NCBI GenBank assembly: GCA_031403995.1
Contig: JANNGS010000012.1
Location: 4,999 to 68,998 of the forward strand
Direction of reading: 5' to 3'
DNA length: 64,000 bases
Source: Thermoanaerobaculia bacterium
GTDB taxonomy: Bacteria > Acidobacteriota > Thermoanaerobaculia > Multivoradales > JAGPDF01
Of this stretch, positions 37,345 through 45,583 are shown piece by piece; position 1 is the first letter of the stretch; every line of letters begins with the position of its first letter. The notes below the pieces were generated by a model. That model had not been told where the DNA came from. It saw only the letters and a list, made by a program, of their open reading frames with translations, and ran no database searches. The translations under genes were made by a program, and so were the position numbers.

Positions 37345-37390
37345 CACGCGACCACGGTTGCAAGCCGCGATCGAATAGACTTCGCCCCTC

Positions 37391-39433
37391 ATGTCCAGCA
37401 TCGATCCGCGCGACGGCGACGTCGCCCAGCTCTCGATCAATACCCTGCGCTTTCTCGCCGTCGACATGGTCGAGAAGGCGAAATCGGGCCACCCTGGAGC
37501 GCCGCTCGGCCAGGCGCCGATGGCCTGGCTGCTGTGGACCCGGTACCTCCGCCACGATCCTGCCGATCCGCTCTGGCCGAACCGCGACCGCTTCATTCTG
37601 TCGTGCGGCCACGCCTCGGCTCTGCTCTACGGCCTGCTGCATCTCGCGGGCTACGACCTCCCACTCGCCGAGCTCGAGCGCTTCCGCCAGCTCGACTCGA
37701 AGACCCCCGGGCATCCGGAGTTCGGCCACACGCCTGGTGTCGAGACGACCACCGGCCCACTCGGCCAGGGTCTCGCCACGGCGGTCGGGATGGCGATCGC
37801 CCGCGAGCAGCTCGGCGCCCGCTTTCGCGAGGGCGACGCAGCGCTCTTCGACTACCGCACCTGGGTGCTCGCCTCCGACGGCGATCTCATGGAGGGGGTC
37901 GCCAGCGAAGCCGCCTCGCTCGCCGGGCACCTCCGGCTCGGCAGCCTCAAGGTGCTCTACGACTCGAACCACATCTCGATCGACGGCTCGACCGACCTCG
38001 CGTTTACCGAGCAGGTCGACCGCCGTTTTGCGGCCTACGGCTGGAAAGTGATCGAAGTCGCCGACGGCAACGATCTCCCCGCACTCCGTGCAGCGATGGC
38101 CGTCGCGGAGGCCGAGACCTCCCGCCCGACACTCGTCGTCGTGCGCACCCACATCGGCTTTGGCAGTCCGAACAAGCAGGACAGCGCCGAGTCCCATGGC
38201 GCCCCGCTCGGCGCCGAGGAGACCCGGCTTACCAAGGCGGCGCTCGGCTGGCCGGCCGAACCGGCCTTCCTCGTTCCGCCGGAGGCCCGGGCGCCGTTCA
38301 CCGCCGCGGCCGAACGCGGCGCGGCAGCCGCGCGCGCCTGGAACGAGCGCCGGGCGCGCTTCGCCGCCGCCGAACCGGAGCTGGCGCGCGAGCTCGAGCG
38401 CCGCGCCGCACGCACCCTGCCCGAGGGCTGGGCGGAAGCGCTGCCGCGCTTCAGCGCGACCGACAAGCCGCTCGCCACCCGCGCCGTGTCGGGGAAGGTG
38501 CTGCAGGCGATCACCCCGCTGCTGCCTGAGCTCCTCGGCGGCTCGGCCGACCTCGCCGAGTCGAACAACTCGCTGCTCGCCGGCGAAGAGAGCTTCTCCG
38601 CCGCGCACCCGGGCGGCCGCAACCTGCGCTTCGGCGTGCGCGAACATGCCATGGGCGCCATCCTCTCCGGATTGGCTCTCACCGGCCTCTTCCGGCCCTA
38701 CGGTGCGACCTTCCTGATCTTCTCCGACTACATGCGGCCGTCGATCCGGCTCGCAGCGCTCATGCGGCTGCCGGTGGTCTACATCTTCACCCACGATTCG
38801 ATCTTCCTCGGCGAGGACGGCCCGACCCACCAGCCGATCGACCAGCTGGCCTCGCTCCGCGCGATCCCCGGCCTGGTCGTCTTGCGGCCGTCCGATGCCT
38901 GCGAGACGGTCGCCGCCTGGCAGGTGGCGGTCGAGCGCACCGCCGGGCCGACGGCGCTCGCCCTCAGCCGGCAGAAGCTCGCGATCCTCGCCGAGACCGC
39001 CGAGCGCGCCGCCGCCGGTGTCCCTCGCGGCGGCTATGTCCTCTACGACAGCACCGGCGGCCCGGCGGAGCTCCTGCTCATCGCCACCGGCTCCGAAGTG
39101 GAGTTGGCTATGGCGGGGCTCAAGCTGCTGGAGAAGGAGGGCCGGCGCGGCCGCCTGGTCTCGATGCCGTCGTGGGAGCTGTTCGCCGAGCAGCCCGAAA
39201 GCTACCGCGCCGCGGTTCTCCCCCCCGGAATCGTCGCCCGCCTGGCGGTCGAAGCGGCCTCGCCGCTCGGCTGGGAGCGCTTCGTCGGCCTGGACGGCGC
39301 AGTCCTCGGAATGGACGGTTTCGGGGCCTCCGCCCCGGCCGAGGAGCTGGCGCGCCACTTCGGCTTCACCCCCGAGAGGGTCGCCTCCCGAGCCCGGGAA
39401 ATATGGGCCCGCTCGACCGCCCGAGAGGCCTGA
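37391..39433 (+). CDS. tkt: transketolase
   Basis: NTLRFLAVDMVEKAKSGHPGAPLG, DRFILSCGHASALLYGLLHLAGY, GPLGQGLATAVGMA, ASDGDLMEGV, THDSIFLGEDGPTHQP. Confidence 0.95.
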   Translation: MSSIDPRDGDVAQLSINTLRFLAVDMVEKAKSGHPGAPLGQAPMAWLLWTRYLRHDPADPLWPNRDRFILSCGHASALLYGLLHLAGYDLPLAELERFRQLDSKTPGHPEFGHTPGVETTTGPLGQGLATAVGMAIAREQLGARFREGDAALFDYRTWVLASDGDLMEGVASEAASLAGHLRLGSLKVLYDSNHISIDGSTDLAFTEQVDRRFAAYGWKVIEVADGNDLPALRAAMAVAEAETSRPTLVVVRTHIGFGSPNKQDSAESHGAPLGAEETRLTKAALGWPAEPAFLVPPEARAPFTAAAERGAAAARAWNERRARFAAAEPELARELERRAARTLPEGWAEALPRFSATDKPLATRAVSGKVLQAITPLLPELLGGSADLAESNNSLLAGEESFSAAHPGGRNLRFGVREHAMGAILSGLALTGLFRPYGATFLIFSDYMRPSIRLAALMRLPVVYIFTHDSIFLGEDGPTHQPIDQLASLRAIPGLVVLRPSDACETVAAWQVAVERTAGPTALALSRQKLAILAETAERAAAGVPRGGYVLYDSTGGPAELLLIATGSEVELAMAGLKLLEKEGRRGRLVSMPSWELFAEQPESYRAAVLPPGIVARLAVEAASPLGWERFVGLDGAVLGMDGFGASAPAEELARHFGFTPERVASRAREIWARSTAREA

Positions 39434-39593
39434 ATCCAGCGCAATCACCCCTACTGTGCTATCCTTCATCCGTCCGCAGTGAGCGAGGGAGGTCTGTTCC
39501 CGGGGCCACTCCGCCCAGCGCGCAAAGTTTGAACCGCCGGAAACCCAAAGCAACATCAATCTTCAGTAACTGACTCAGGAGGGAATCAAAACC

Positions 39594-40202
39594 ATGCGTA
39601 ACTCGAAGCTGGCACTGTTGGGAGTCGCTGTATTCGCCATGACCTTGGCCACCGGCTGCGCGAAGCCGCCGCAGGTCGAGATCGACGCCGTCAAGGCCTC
39701 GCTCGCCGGCATCGAAGGCGACGCGGCGAAGTACTCGGCCGAAGCCTGGAACAAGGCGCAGCAGGCCGTCAATGCTGTGAACGCCGAGACCGAGGCGCAG
39801 GCGAACAAGTTCGCTCTGTTCCGCTCCTACACCAAGTCGAAGGAGCTCGTCGCGGCCGCCAACCAGGCGATCACCGAGGCGAAGGACGCCGCCGCCGCCG
39901 CCAAGGAAGCCGCCAAGACCTCGGCCAACGAGGCGCTCGCCGCCGCCAAGACCGCGCTCGACGCCGCCAGCACTGCGATGGCCGACCTCGGCAAGTGCCG
40001 CCGCCAGCCCAAGGACTTCAAGAAGGACATGGAAATGATGAAGGGCAACTACGACGGTCTCGCCGCGCAGGTCGGTGGTATCGAGAGCGCCATCGCTTCC
40101 GAGGACTACCTCGGCGCGAAGGCCCAGGCCGATTCGCTCAAGAGCTCGGTGGACATGCTGGTCTCCGATCTCCAGGGCGCCAAAGTCAAGATTAAGTGCT
40201 AA
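39594..40202 (+). CDS. Ala-rich helical lipoprotein (DUF4398-like pattern)
   Basis: aggaggg RBS; MRNSKLALLGVAVFAMTLATGCAKPP (lipobox LATGC). Repeats of the type AAKYSAEAWNKAQQAV / SEDYLGAKAQADSLKSSV. Ends ...GAKVKIKC. Confidence 0.8.
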   Translation: MRNSKLALLGVAVFAMTLATGCAKPPQVEIDAVKASLAGIEGDAAKYSAEAWNKAQQAVNAVNAETEAQANKFALFRSYTKSKELVAAANQAITEAKDAAAAAKEAAKTSANEALAAAKTALDAASTAMADLGKCRRQPKDFKKDMEMMKGNYDGLAAQVGGIESAIASEDYLGAKAQADSLKSSVDMLVSDLQGAKVKIKC

Positions 40203-41317
40203 TAGCTTTTCGCCTCCGCTTCAAACGACCGGCGACGGGTTTCCGTCGCCGGTCGTTTCTTTTCGGGGCGACGGCTATCGCCGTTGCCTTCGTCGCGCCT
40301 GCCGTCATTCCGCAGACCTCGGCCCGGCCGTTCGACGCGAAAGCGCCGCGGGCGGCGGCGTTCCGGGCGGTCAGCGTCCTGCGCGCCGAGATGCCGGCTG
40401 CGGCCCGCCAGATCGACCGATTGATCGCGCAAGCCGAAGTAGTCACGGCCGACGAACGCACCGCGCCGGTCTGGGAGCAGTCCCCCGGACGCGTGGAGAC
40501 ATCCTGGCTGCGAGTGCTCACGACCGCGCGCTCGGCTGCTGCCGAGCTCAGGCTGAGGGAGAACGCCAGCGAGCAACGCTGGGTCGAGCTCGCGCCCGGA
40601 CTCTCCGCCGACGTCAAGCGCGCCCTTCTGGAGTCGAACGAGGCCGGGGTCGGAAGGCGCGAGATCGCCGCCGCCAGACAGGCCAGCCTCAAGTGGGATC
40701 TCGCACAGCACTTCGCGCGCGAGGGCGCCTGGGACCGCGCGCTTCTGGAAGCCGAGGCGGCGCGTGGCTTCAATCGCGTGGTCCGGACGAGCTTCGACTC
40801 GCTGCATTCTCGCTTTGCCGAACCGAAGAACCTGCAGAAATGGCGGCGGATGGTCGCCGAGACCATCTCGCGTTCGAAGGCCGAGAGCTCGACCGCCCTG
40901 ATCGTCGACAAGCTGAAGCGCAAGCTCCACATCTATGCCGCCGGCAAACGGATCGCCACTTTCGAGGCCGAGCTCGGTTCGAAGGGGCTGAAGCAGAAGC
41001 TGCACTCGGGCGACCAGGCGACCCCGGAGGGGCGCTACCGGGTGACCGAAGCGCGCGGCCCTGGCCGGACGAAGTACTACAAGGCGTTGCTCCTCGACTA
41101 CCCGAACTCCGAGGATCGTGCGCGCTATGCCTCCGGAAAGAAGACCGGACAGGTCCCGCTGCGCGCCGGCATCGGCAATCTGATCGAGATCCATGGCGAC
41201 GGCGGGCAGGGCCGCGATTGGACCGATGGCTGCGTAGCGCTCACCGACCAGGACATGGACAAGGTCTTTGCCCGCTCCCGGGTCGGGACACCGGTGACGA
41301 TCGTGGGCACCTTCTAG
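40196..41317 (+). CDS. L,D-transpeptidase (YkuD domain) with possible Tat signal
   Basis: C-terminal YkuD catalytic region LHIYAAGKRIATFEAELG...IEIHGDGGQGRDWTDGCVALTD. The only canonical start that yields a signal peptide is the GTG at 40196 (..GFRRRSFLFGATAIAVAFVAPAVIPQTSA). The next ATG (40391) gives no signal peptide. Confidence 0.65.
   Translation: MLIAFRLRFKRPATGFRRRSFLFGATAIAVAFVAPAVIPQTSARPFDAKAPRAAAFRAVSVLRAEMPAAARQIDRLIAQAEVVTADERTAPVWEQSPGRVETSWLRVLTTARSAAAELRLRENASEQRWVELAPGLSADVKRALLESNEAGVGRREIAAARQASLKWDLAQHFAREGAWDRALLEAEAARGFNRVVRTSFDSLHSRFAEPKNLQKWRRMVAETISRSKAESSTALIVDKLKRKLHIYAAGKRIATFEAELGSKGLKQKLHSGDQATPEGRYRVTEARGPGRTKYYKALLLDYPNSEDRARYASGKKTGQVPLRAGIGNLIEIHGDGGQGRDWTDGCVALTDQDMDKVFARSRVGTPVTIVGTF
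40223..40264 (+). terminator. rho-independent terminator after the lipoprotein gene
   Basis: Perfect 16-bp stem aaacgaccggcgacgg / ccgtcgccggtcgttt, loop gttt, followed by cttttc. Begins 21 nt after the TAA at 40200-40202. Confidence 0.8.
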
Positions 41318-41330
41318 ATAGGATCGCGCC

Positions 41331-42086
41331 GTGATCTCGAATTCCAGACCCGCGCTGCCGCCGACGCCTCCGGAGCTTCCAGAGTTCCGCGAGCGTCCGC
41401 TTCCCGGCCGGCAACCGCCGGCGCCACCCCGGCGCAACTGGCGCTGGCTGCGGCTTCTCTCGCTCGTGGTCCTCGCCCTGGCGATCGTCGGCACCGGCAC
41501 GGCGCTGGGACTGGCGCGCTTCGGGGGCGCCTACGCCGCCCATGCCTTCACGACCCGCCTCGAGCTGCCCGATCCGGCGACCGTCAAGGGCGATCCGGTC
41601 GCCCGGGCCGAGAAGCTGGAGACGCGCCTCGCCGCGCTTCCGCCCAAGGACGTCTACGTCGTCGTCGACACCCACCACAACCGGCTGCGGGTCTACCGCG
41701 GCGCCAAGCTCCTGCGCGACGCCCTCTGCTCCACCGGCTCGGGCATTCGCCTGCGCGACCCCCGCGACGGCAGGGAGTGGTTCTTCGACACTCCGCAGGG
41801 CGAGTTCCGGATCCTGCGCAAGCAGAAGAACCCTTTGTGGATCAAGCCCGACTGGGCGTTCATCGAAGAAGGCTACCTGCCACCGAAGAACGCCCGCGAC
41901 CGGGTGGACGATTTTTCGCTCGGCGACTACGGGCTCTATATGCGCGATGGGTACATCATCCACGGGACCATCTTCAAGACACTCCTCGGCAAGCGGGTGA
42001 CCCACGGCTGCATCCGGCTCGGCGACGAAGATCTGAAGTTCGTCTACGACACGGTTCCGACCAACGCGCGTGTCTATCTCTTCTAG
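41331..42086 (+). CDS. L,D-transpeptidase family protein (YkuD)
   Basis: TM/signal anchor WRWLRLLSLVVLALAIVGTGTALGLA and the catalytic motif IIHGTIFKTLLGKRVTHGCIRLGDEDL. Confidence 0.85.
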   Translation: MISNSRPALPPTPPELPEFRERPLPGRQPPAPPRRNWRWLRLLSLVVLALAIVGTGTALGLARFGGAYAAHAFTTRLELPDPATVKGDPVARAEKLETRLAALPPKDVYVVVDTHHNRLRVYRGAKLLRDALCSTGSGIRLRDPRDGREWFFDTPQGEFRILRKQKNPLWIKPDWAFIEEGYLPPKNARDRVDDFSLGDYGLYMRDGYIIHGTIFKTLLGKRVTHGCIRLGDEDLKFVYDTVPTNARVYLF

Positions 42087-42783
42087 GCTGCTCTCAGCCG
42101 TCGCCCTCGCCCTCTTGGCTGCGGGCGGAGCGCTGGCGGAAACGCCAGCCTCCGTTCCCGACCGCCGGGCGCTCGCCCGCCTGCGCAGCATCGAGTTCGA
42201 GACCGCGCTGGCGCGCGAACCGCGGATCTACCTCGTGCTCGATCCGCAGGCCAGGCACCTCGACATCAAGTCGCGGGCGATGGTTCTCGAGCGGGTCGCG
42301 ATCGACGCCCTCCTGCTGCTCGAGTTCAAGCCGCTGTTCTCGCAGGCTGAAAGCCCCGAGTTGCGCGCGCCGACGCTGTGGAAGATCACCCAGGGACCCG
42401 GCGACACCGACCGTGAGACGATCGCGCCGGTCGAGCTCCGACCCTACTCGGAAGAAGAAGACAAGGAGGAGCCGGTGGCTTCGACCGCAGCCGGGACGGA
42501 TGCCGGCGCAGCCGCACCGGTGAAGAAGAAGCCGGGTGAGACGGTGATCCCGTCGAGCTACCGCGCGACGCTCGACAACGGCTGGCAGCTCTATGTCACC
42601 GCGGATGCTCCGCAGTCGAGCTTCTTCCGGCGCCTCGTCGCCTCGGTCCGCGACGGCTGGCAGCGGCTGCGCGGCGAGGAGCCGCAACATCCGCCGCTCA
42701 TCACGCTGGTCGTCGCTCCCGCCGCCGCCCAGCGCCTGCACCACCTCTTGCGTTCCGGTACCGAGATCCTCGTCCTGCCGTAG
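42070..42783 (+). CDS. hypothetical secreted protein (possibly a degenerate LDT-like fold)
   Basis: GTG start overlapping the previous gene by 17 nt. Signal peptide MSISSRLLSAVALALLAAGGALAETPA. IYLVLDPQARHLDIKSRAMVLERVAI resembles the N-terminal strand pattern of YkuD proteins, but no His/Cys catalytic motif was seen. Confidence 0.55.
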   Translation: MSISSRLLSAVALALLAAGGALAETPASVPDRRALARLRSIEFETALAREPRIYLVLDPQARHLDIKSRAMVLERVAIDALLLLEFKPLFSQAESPELRAPTLWKITQGPGDTDRETIAPVELRPYSEEEDKEEPVASTAAGTDAGAAAPVKKKPGETVIPSSYRATLDNGWQLYVTADAPQSSFFRRLVASVRDGWQRLRGEEPQHPPLITLVVAPAAAQRLHHLLRSGTEILVLP

Positions 42784-42795
42784 GGCATTGAAGCG

Positions 42796-42885
42796 TGGCG
42801 GAGGGGGAGGGATTCGAACCCCCGGGACCCTTGAAGGCCCAGCGGTTTTCAAGACCGCCGCAATCGACCACTCTGCCACCCCTCC
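42796..42885 (-). tRNA. tRNA-Ser (anticodon TGA), CCA encoded
   Basis: Reverse complement GGAGGGGTGGCAGAGTGGTCGATTGCGGCGGTCTTGAAAACCGCTGGGCCTTCAAGGGTCCCGGGGGTTCGAATCCCTCCCCCTCCGCCA. Long variable arm; anticodon loop CTTGAAA. Confidence 0.9.
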
Positions 42886-42897
42886 AGCCAGCGGAGC

Positions 42898-44178
42898 TTA
42901 GCCTTCCTTGACGATGCGCGGGAGGTCGGGGAGGTAGGGGCGGAGCTTTTCGGGAATGGCGATCGAGCCGTCGGCCTGCTGGTAGTTCTCGAGGATGGCG
43001 ACCAGGGTGCGGCCGACGGCGAGGCCGGAGCCGTTCAGGGTGTGAAGGTGCCGCGGCTTGCCGCCCGCCGCGCGGCAGCGCAGGTTGGCCCGTCGCGCCT
43101 GGAAGTCGCCGCAGTTCGAGCACGAGGAGATCTCGCGGTAGGTCTGCTGGGAGGGAAGCCAGACCTCGAGGTCGTAGGTCTTGGTCGCCGAGAAGCCCAT
43201 GTCGCCGGTCGACAGGCAGATCACGCGATAGGGCAGGTCGAGCAGCTGCAGGACGCGCTCGGCGTGCCCGGTCATCTCCTCGAGTTGAGCAAAGCTGGTT
43301 TCCGGCGTGGCCAGCTGAACGAGCTCGACTTTGTTGAACTGGTGCTGGCGGATCAGGCCGCGCACGTCCTTGCCGTAGGAGCCCGCCTCACTGCGGAAAC
43401 AGGGTGTATAGGCCGTGTAGCGCAACGGCAGGACGCTCTCGTCCAGGACCTCTTCACGGTGGAGATTGGTGAGCGGCACCTCGGCCGTCGGCACGAGGTA
43501 GTAGTTGGTTCCTTCGAGATGGAACAGGTCGGGTTCGAACTTAGGCAACTGACCGGTGCCGATCAGGCTGTCGCGATTGACGATGAACGGCGGCAGCACC
43601 TCGCGGTAGCCGTGCTTGCCGGTGTGCAGGTCCAGCATGAAAGAGATCAGCGCACGCTCCAGGCGCGCCGCCGCGCCGTAGTAGACCGTGAAACGCGCAC
43701 CGGTGATCTTGGCGCCGCGCTCGAAGTCGAGGATGCCGAGATCGGTTCCCAGATCCCAGTGCGGCTGGGGCTCGAAGTCGAAGCCGCGCGGCGTGCCGAC
43801 CACCCGCTCGACGCGGTTCGCGGTTTCGTCGGTCCCGACCGGCACTGAAGCGTCGGGCAGATTGGGGAAGCGAAACTCGAGCGCCCCTAGCTGATCGTCG
43901 AGCTTCGCGAGCGCGGCTTCGAGCGTCTCGAGACGGGCCTTGATGACGCCGACCTCGGCCATCAGCCCGGAGGCATCGCCGCCCTTGCTCTTCAGCGCGC
44001 CGACTTCGCGGCTCGCTTCGTTGCGCCGCCGCTTGAGCTCGTCGATCTCGGTCACGGCTCCCCGACGCTCGGCGTCGAGTTGCTGCCAGTCATCGAGAGC
44101 CGCCGGTCCCTGGCCGCGGTCGACGAAGGCACGACGGATTCTCTCGGGATCGCTGCGCAGGAGATCGCGGGACAACAT
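42898..44178 (-). CDS. serS: seryl-tRNA synthetase
   Basis: N-terminal coiled-coil arm ([22 protein letters not shown]...) and class II motifs ([41 protein letters not shown]). Confidence 0.95.
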   Translation of the reverse strand: MLSRDLLRSDPERIRRAFVDRGQGPAALDDWQQLDAERRGAVTEIDELKRRRNEASREVGALKSKGGDASGLMAEVGVIKARLETLEAALAKLDDQLGALEFRFPNLPDASVPVGTDETANRVERVVGTPRGFDFEPQPHWDLGTDLGILDFERGAKITGARFTVYYGAAARLERALISFMLDLHTGKHGYREVLPPFIVNRDSLIGTGQLPKFEPDLFHLEGTNYYLVPTAEVPLTNLHREEVLDESVLPLRYTAYTPCFRSEAGSYGKDVRGLIRQHQFNKVELVQLATPETSFAQLEEMTGHAERVLQLLDLPYRVICLSTGDMGFSATKTYDLEVWLPSQQTYREISSCSNCGDFQARRANLRCRAAGGKPRHLHTLNGSGLAVGRTLVAILENYQQADGSIAIPEKLRPYLPDLPRIVKEG

Positions 44179-44296
44179 GATGCGGGGAGTTTATCAACGG
44201 CCCCGGCTTCCCGCTCGTAGACTCGGGGAGAAGGCGGGAATCGCCGCCTCACCCATTGCGAAAGGCTAGGATCGCTCCAGGATTGCCACTGCGAAT

Positions 44297-45583
44297 GTGT
44301 CTCGATTGCGCCAGGAACCCATCATGAGCTCGCTGCTGCAGCGGGCACGCAGCGGCACGCGGTCCTGGCGCACGCTCCTCATGGGCCTCGCCCTGCCCGC
44401 CGCCATGCTGCTCGCGGCACTTCTCGCGCTGGGGTTCCATGGCGCTCCCGTCGCGGCCTCGGAGACTCTCTTCCTCGCCCTCTGGGCTGCCGCCGTCTTC
44501 CTCCCTCTGTCTTTCCTCGAGACCGCCGGCCGGCCAGTTCACGCCGCGCTCGCCCTCGCGGTGACGGTCCTCGTCACCGCCTTGCCGCGCTCCGGTGGGT
44601 TGCGTGCAGCGGCCGTGGCCGCCGCTCTCGCACTCTCGGTGCTGATGGTCGCCGGACTCCTCTGCGCACGGCGCACAGCGTTCGGCCTGCGCCACTGCGC
44701 GGCGCTCGCCCTGGCGGTGGCCATCGTGCTGCACGGCCACCTGTTCTTCCTGCACGGCTTCGCGCTCGAGACGGTCGCTCTGCTCGGCATCGTTCCGGCC
44801 GTCGCCGCGACGCTCGCGGCGCGGCTCGCGGCGGCAGGCCGGCCGGGTGCCGGTCTGGTCGCGGCGCTCGCTCTCCTCGCCGCTCCGCAACTCGCCGCCG
44901 AGCCCTGGTGGGTCGCGCTGGCCTTCGCCACGGCCGGCTTCGCGGCGAGCTTCGGGGCGGGAGCGGGGGCGAGGCTCGCGCAGCGCAGCCTCTTTCTCTT
45001 TGCCGCGGCGACGCTCCTCGCCGGCGGTTTCCCCTGGCTGCGCGCGGCGCCGGTCGCGACCGTTCTCGGGGCGCTCGTGACACTCGGCCGGCCGTTGGCG
45101 GAGACCCCCCTCGGCGACCGCGTCGTCGTGCTGACGCAGACTGCGCCCCGCCTCGCTGTCGAGCTCTCCGGAGTACCTGTCCGTGCGCTGGTCCTCGACT
45201 CCTATCTCACTCACGGTGTCGAGCTCGCCTGCGGGCAGGAGCTCGCCGGTATGGAGCTCACCGGTATGGAGCTCGAGTCGGCGGTGGACGCGGCGCGCGC
45301 GCGCCAGTTCGTTCCGGCTCGCTGGCGTTCGGCGCTGGTCGCCGGACGCGACAGCACGGAGTGGGCGGCCGGCCGGCCCGACGTGGCGGCGCAGCTCGCC
45401 TGTCCGGCGCCCACACCATGGATCTCCTGGATGCCGGCCACCGGTCGCTTCCTCGGCCAGACCACCCGCGCCCGTTTCGCGCTCGAAGCACCCTTCGGCG
45501 CCCGCCGCCTCGTCCTCGAACGCAATCCGGCGCTGCCCGCCGAGACGACCCTCGCGATCTTCTTCGTGGCGACCGAGCGATGA
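44297..45583 (+). CDS. hypothetical polytopic membrane protein with C-terminal soluble domain (first gene of the glycan cluster)
   Basis: About 8 hydrophobic segments followed by a ~150-aa non-membrane tail. The stop overlaps the next start (ATGA). No family recognised. Start may be 44297 or 44324. Confidence 0.55.
   Translation: MSRLRQEPIMSSLLQRARSGTRSWRTLLMGLALPAAMLLAALLALGFHGAPVAASETLFLALWAAAVFLPLSFLETAGRPVHAALALAVTVLVTALPRSGGLRAAAVAAALALSVLMVAGLLCARRTAFGLRHCAALALAVAIVLHGHLFFLHGFALETVALLGIVPAVAATLAARLAAAGRPGAGLVAALALLAAPQLAAEPWWVALAFATAGFAASFGAGAGARLAQRSLFLFAAATLLAGGFPWLRAAPVATVLGALVTLGRPLAETPLGDRVVVLTQTAPRLAVELSGVPVRALVLDSYLTHGVELACGQELAGMELTGMELESAVDAARARQFVPARWRSALVAGRDSTEWAAGRPDVAAQLACPAPTPWISWMPATGRFLGQTTRARFALEAPFGARRLVLERNPALPAETTLAIFFVATER

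Noticed and set aside
37345-37390. Riboswitch or leader upstream of tkt
   Set aside because: Only 46 nt separate repeat B from the tkt start, and I see no recognisable riboswitch core. The structured sequence upstream is the repeat, which also occurs in an unrelated context at 25967-26206.
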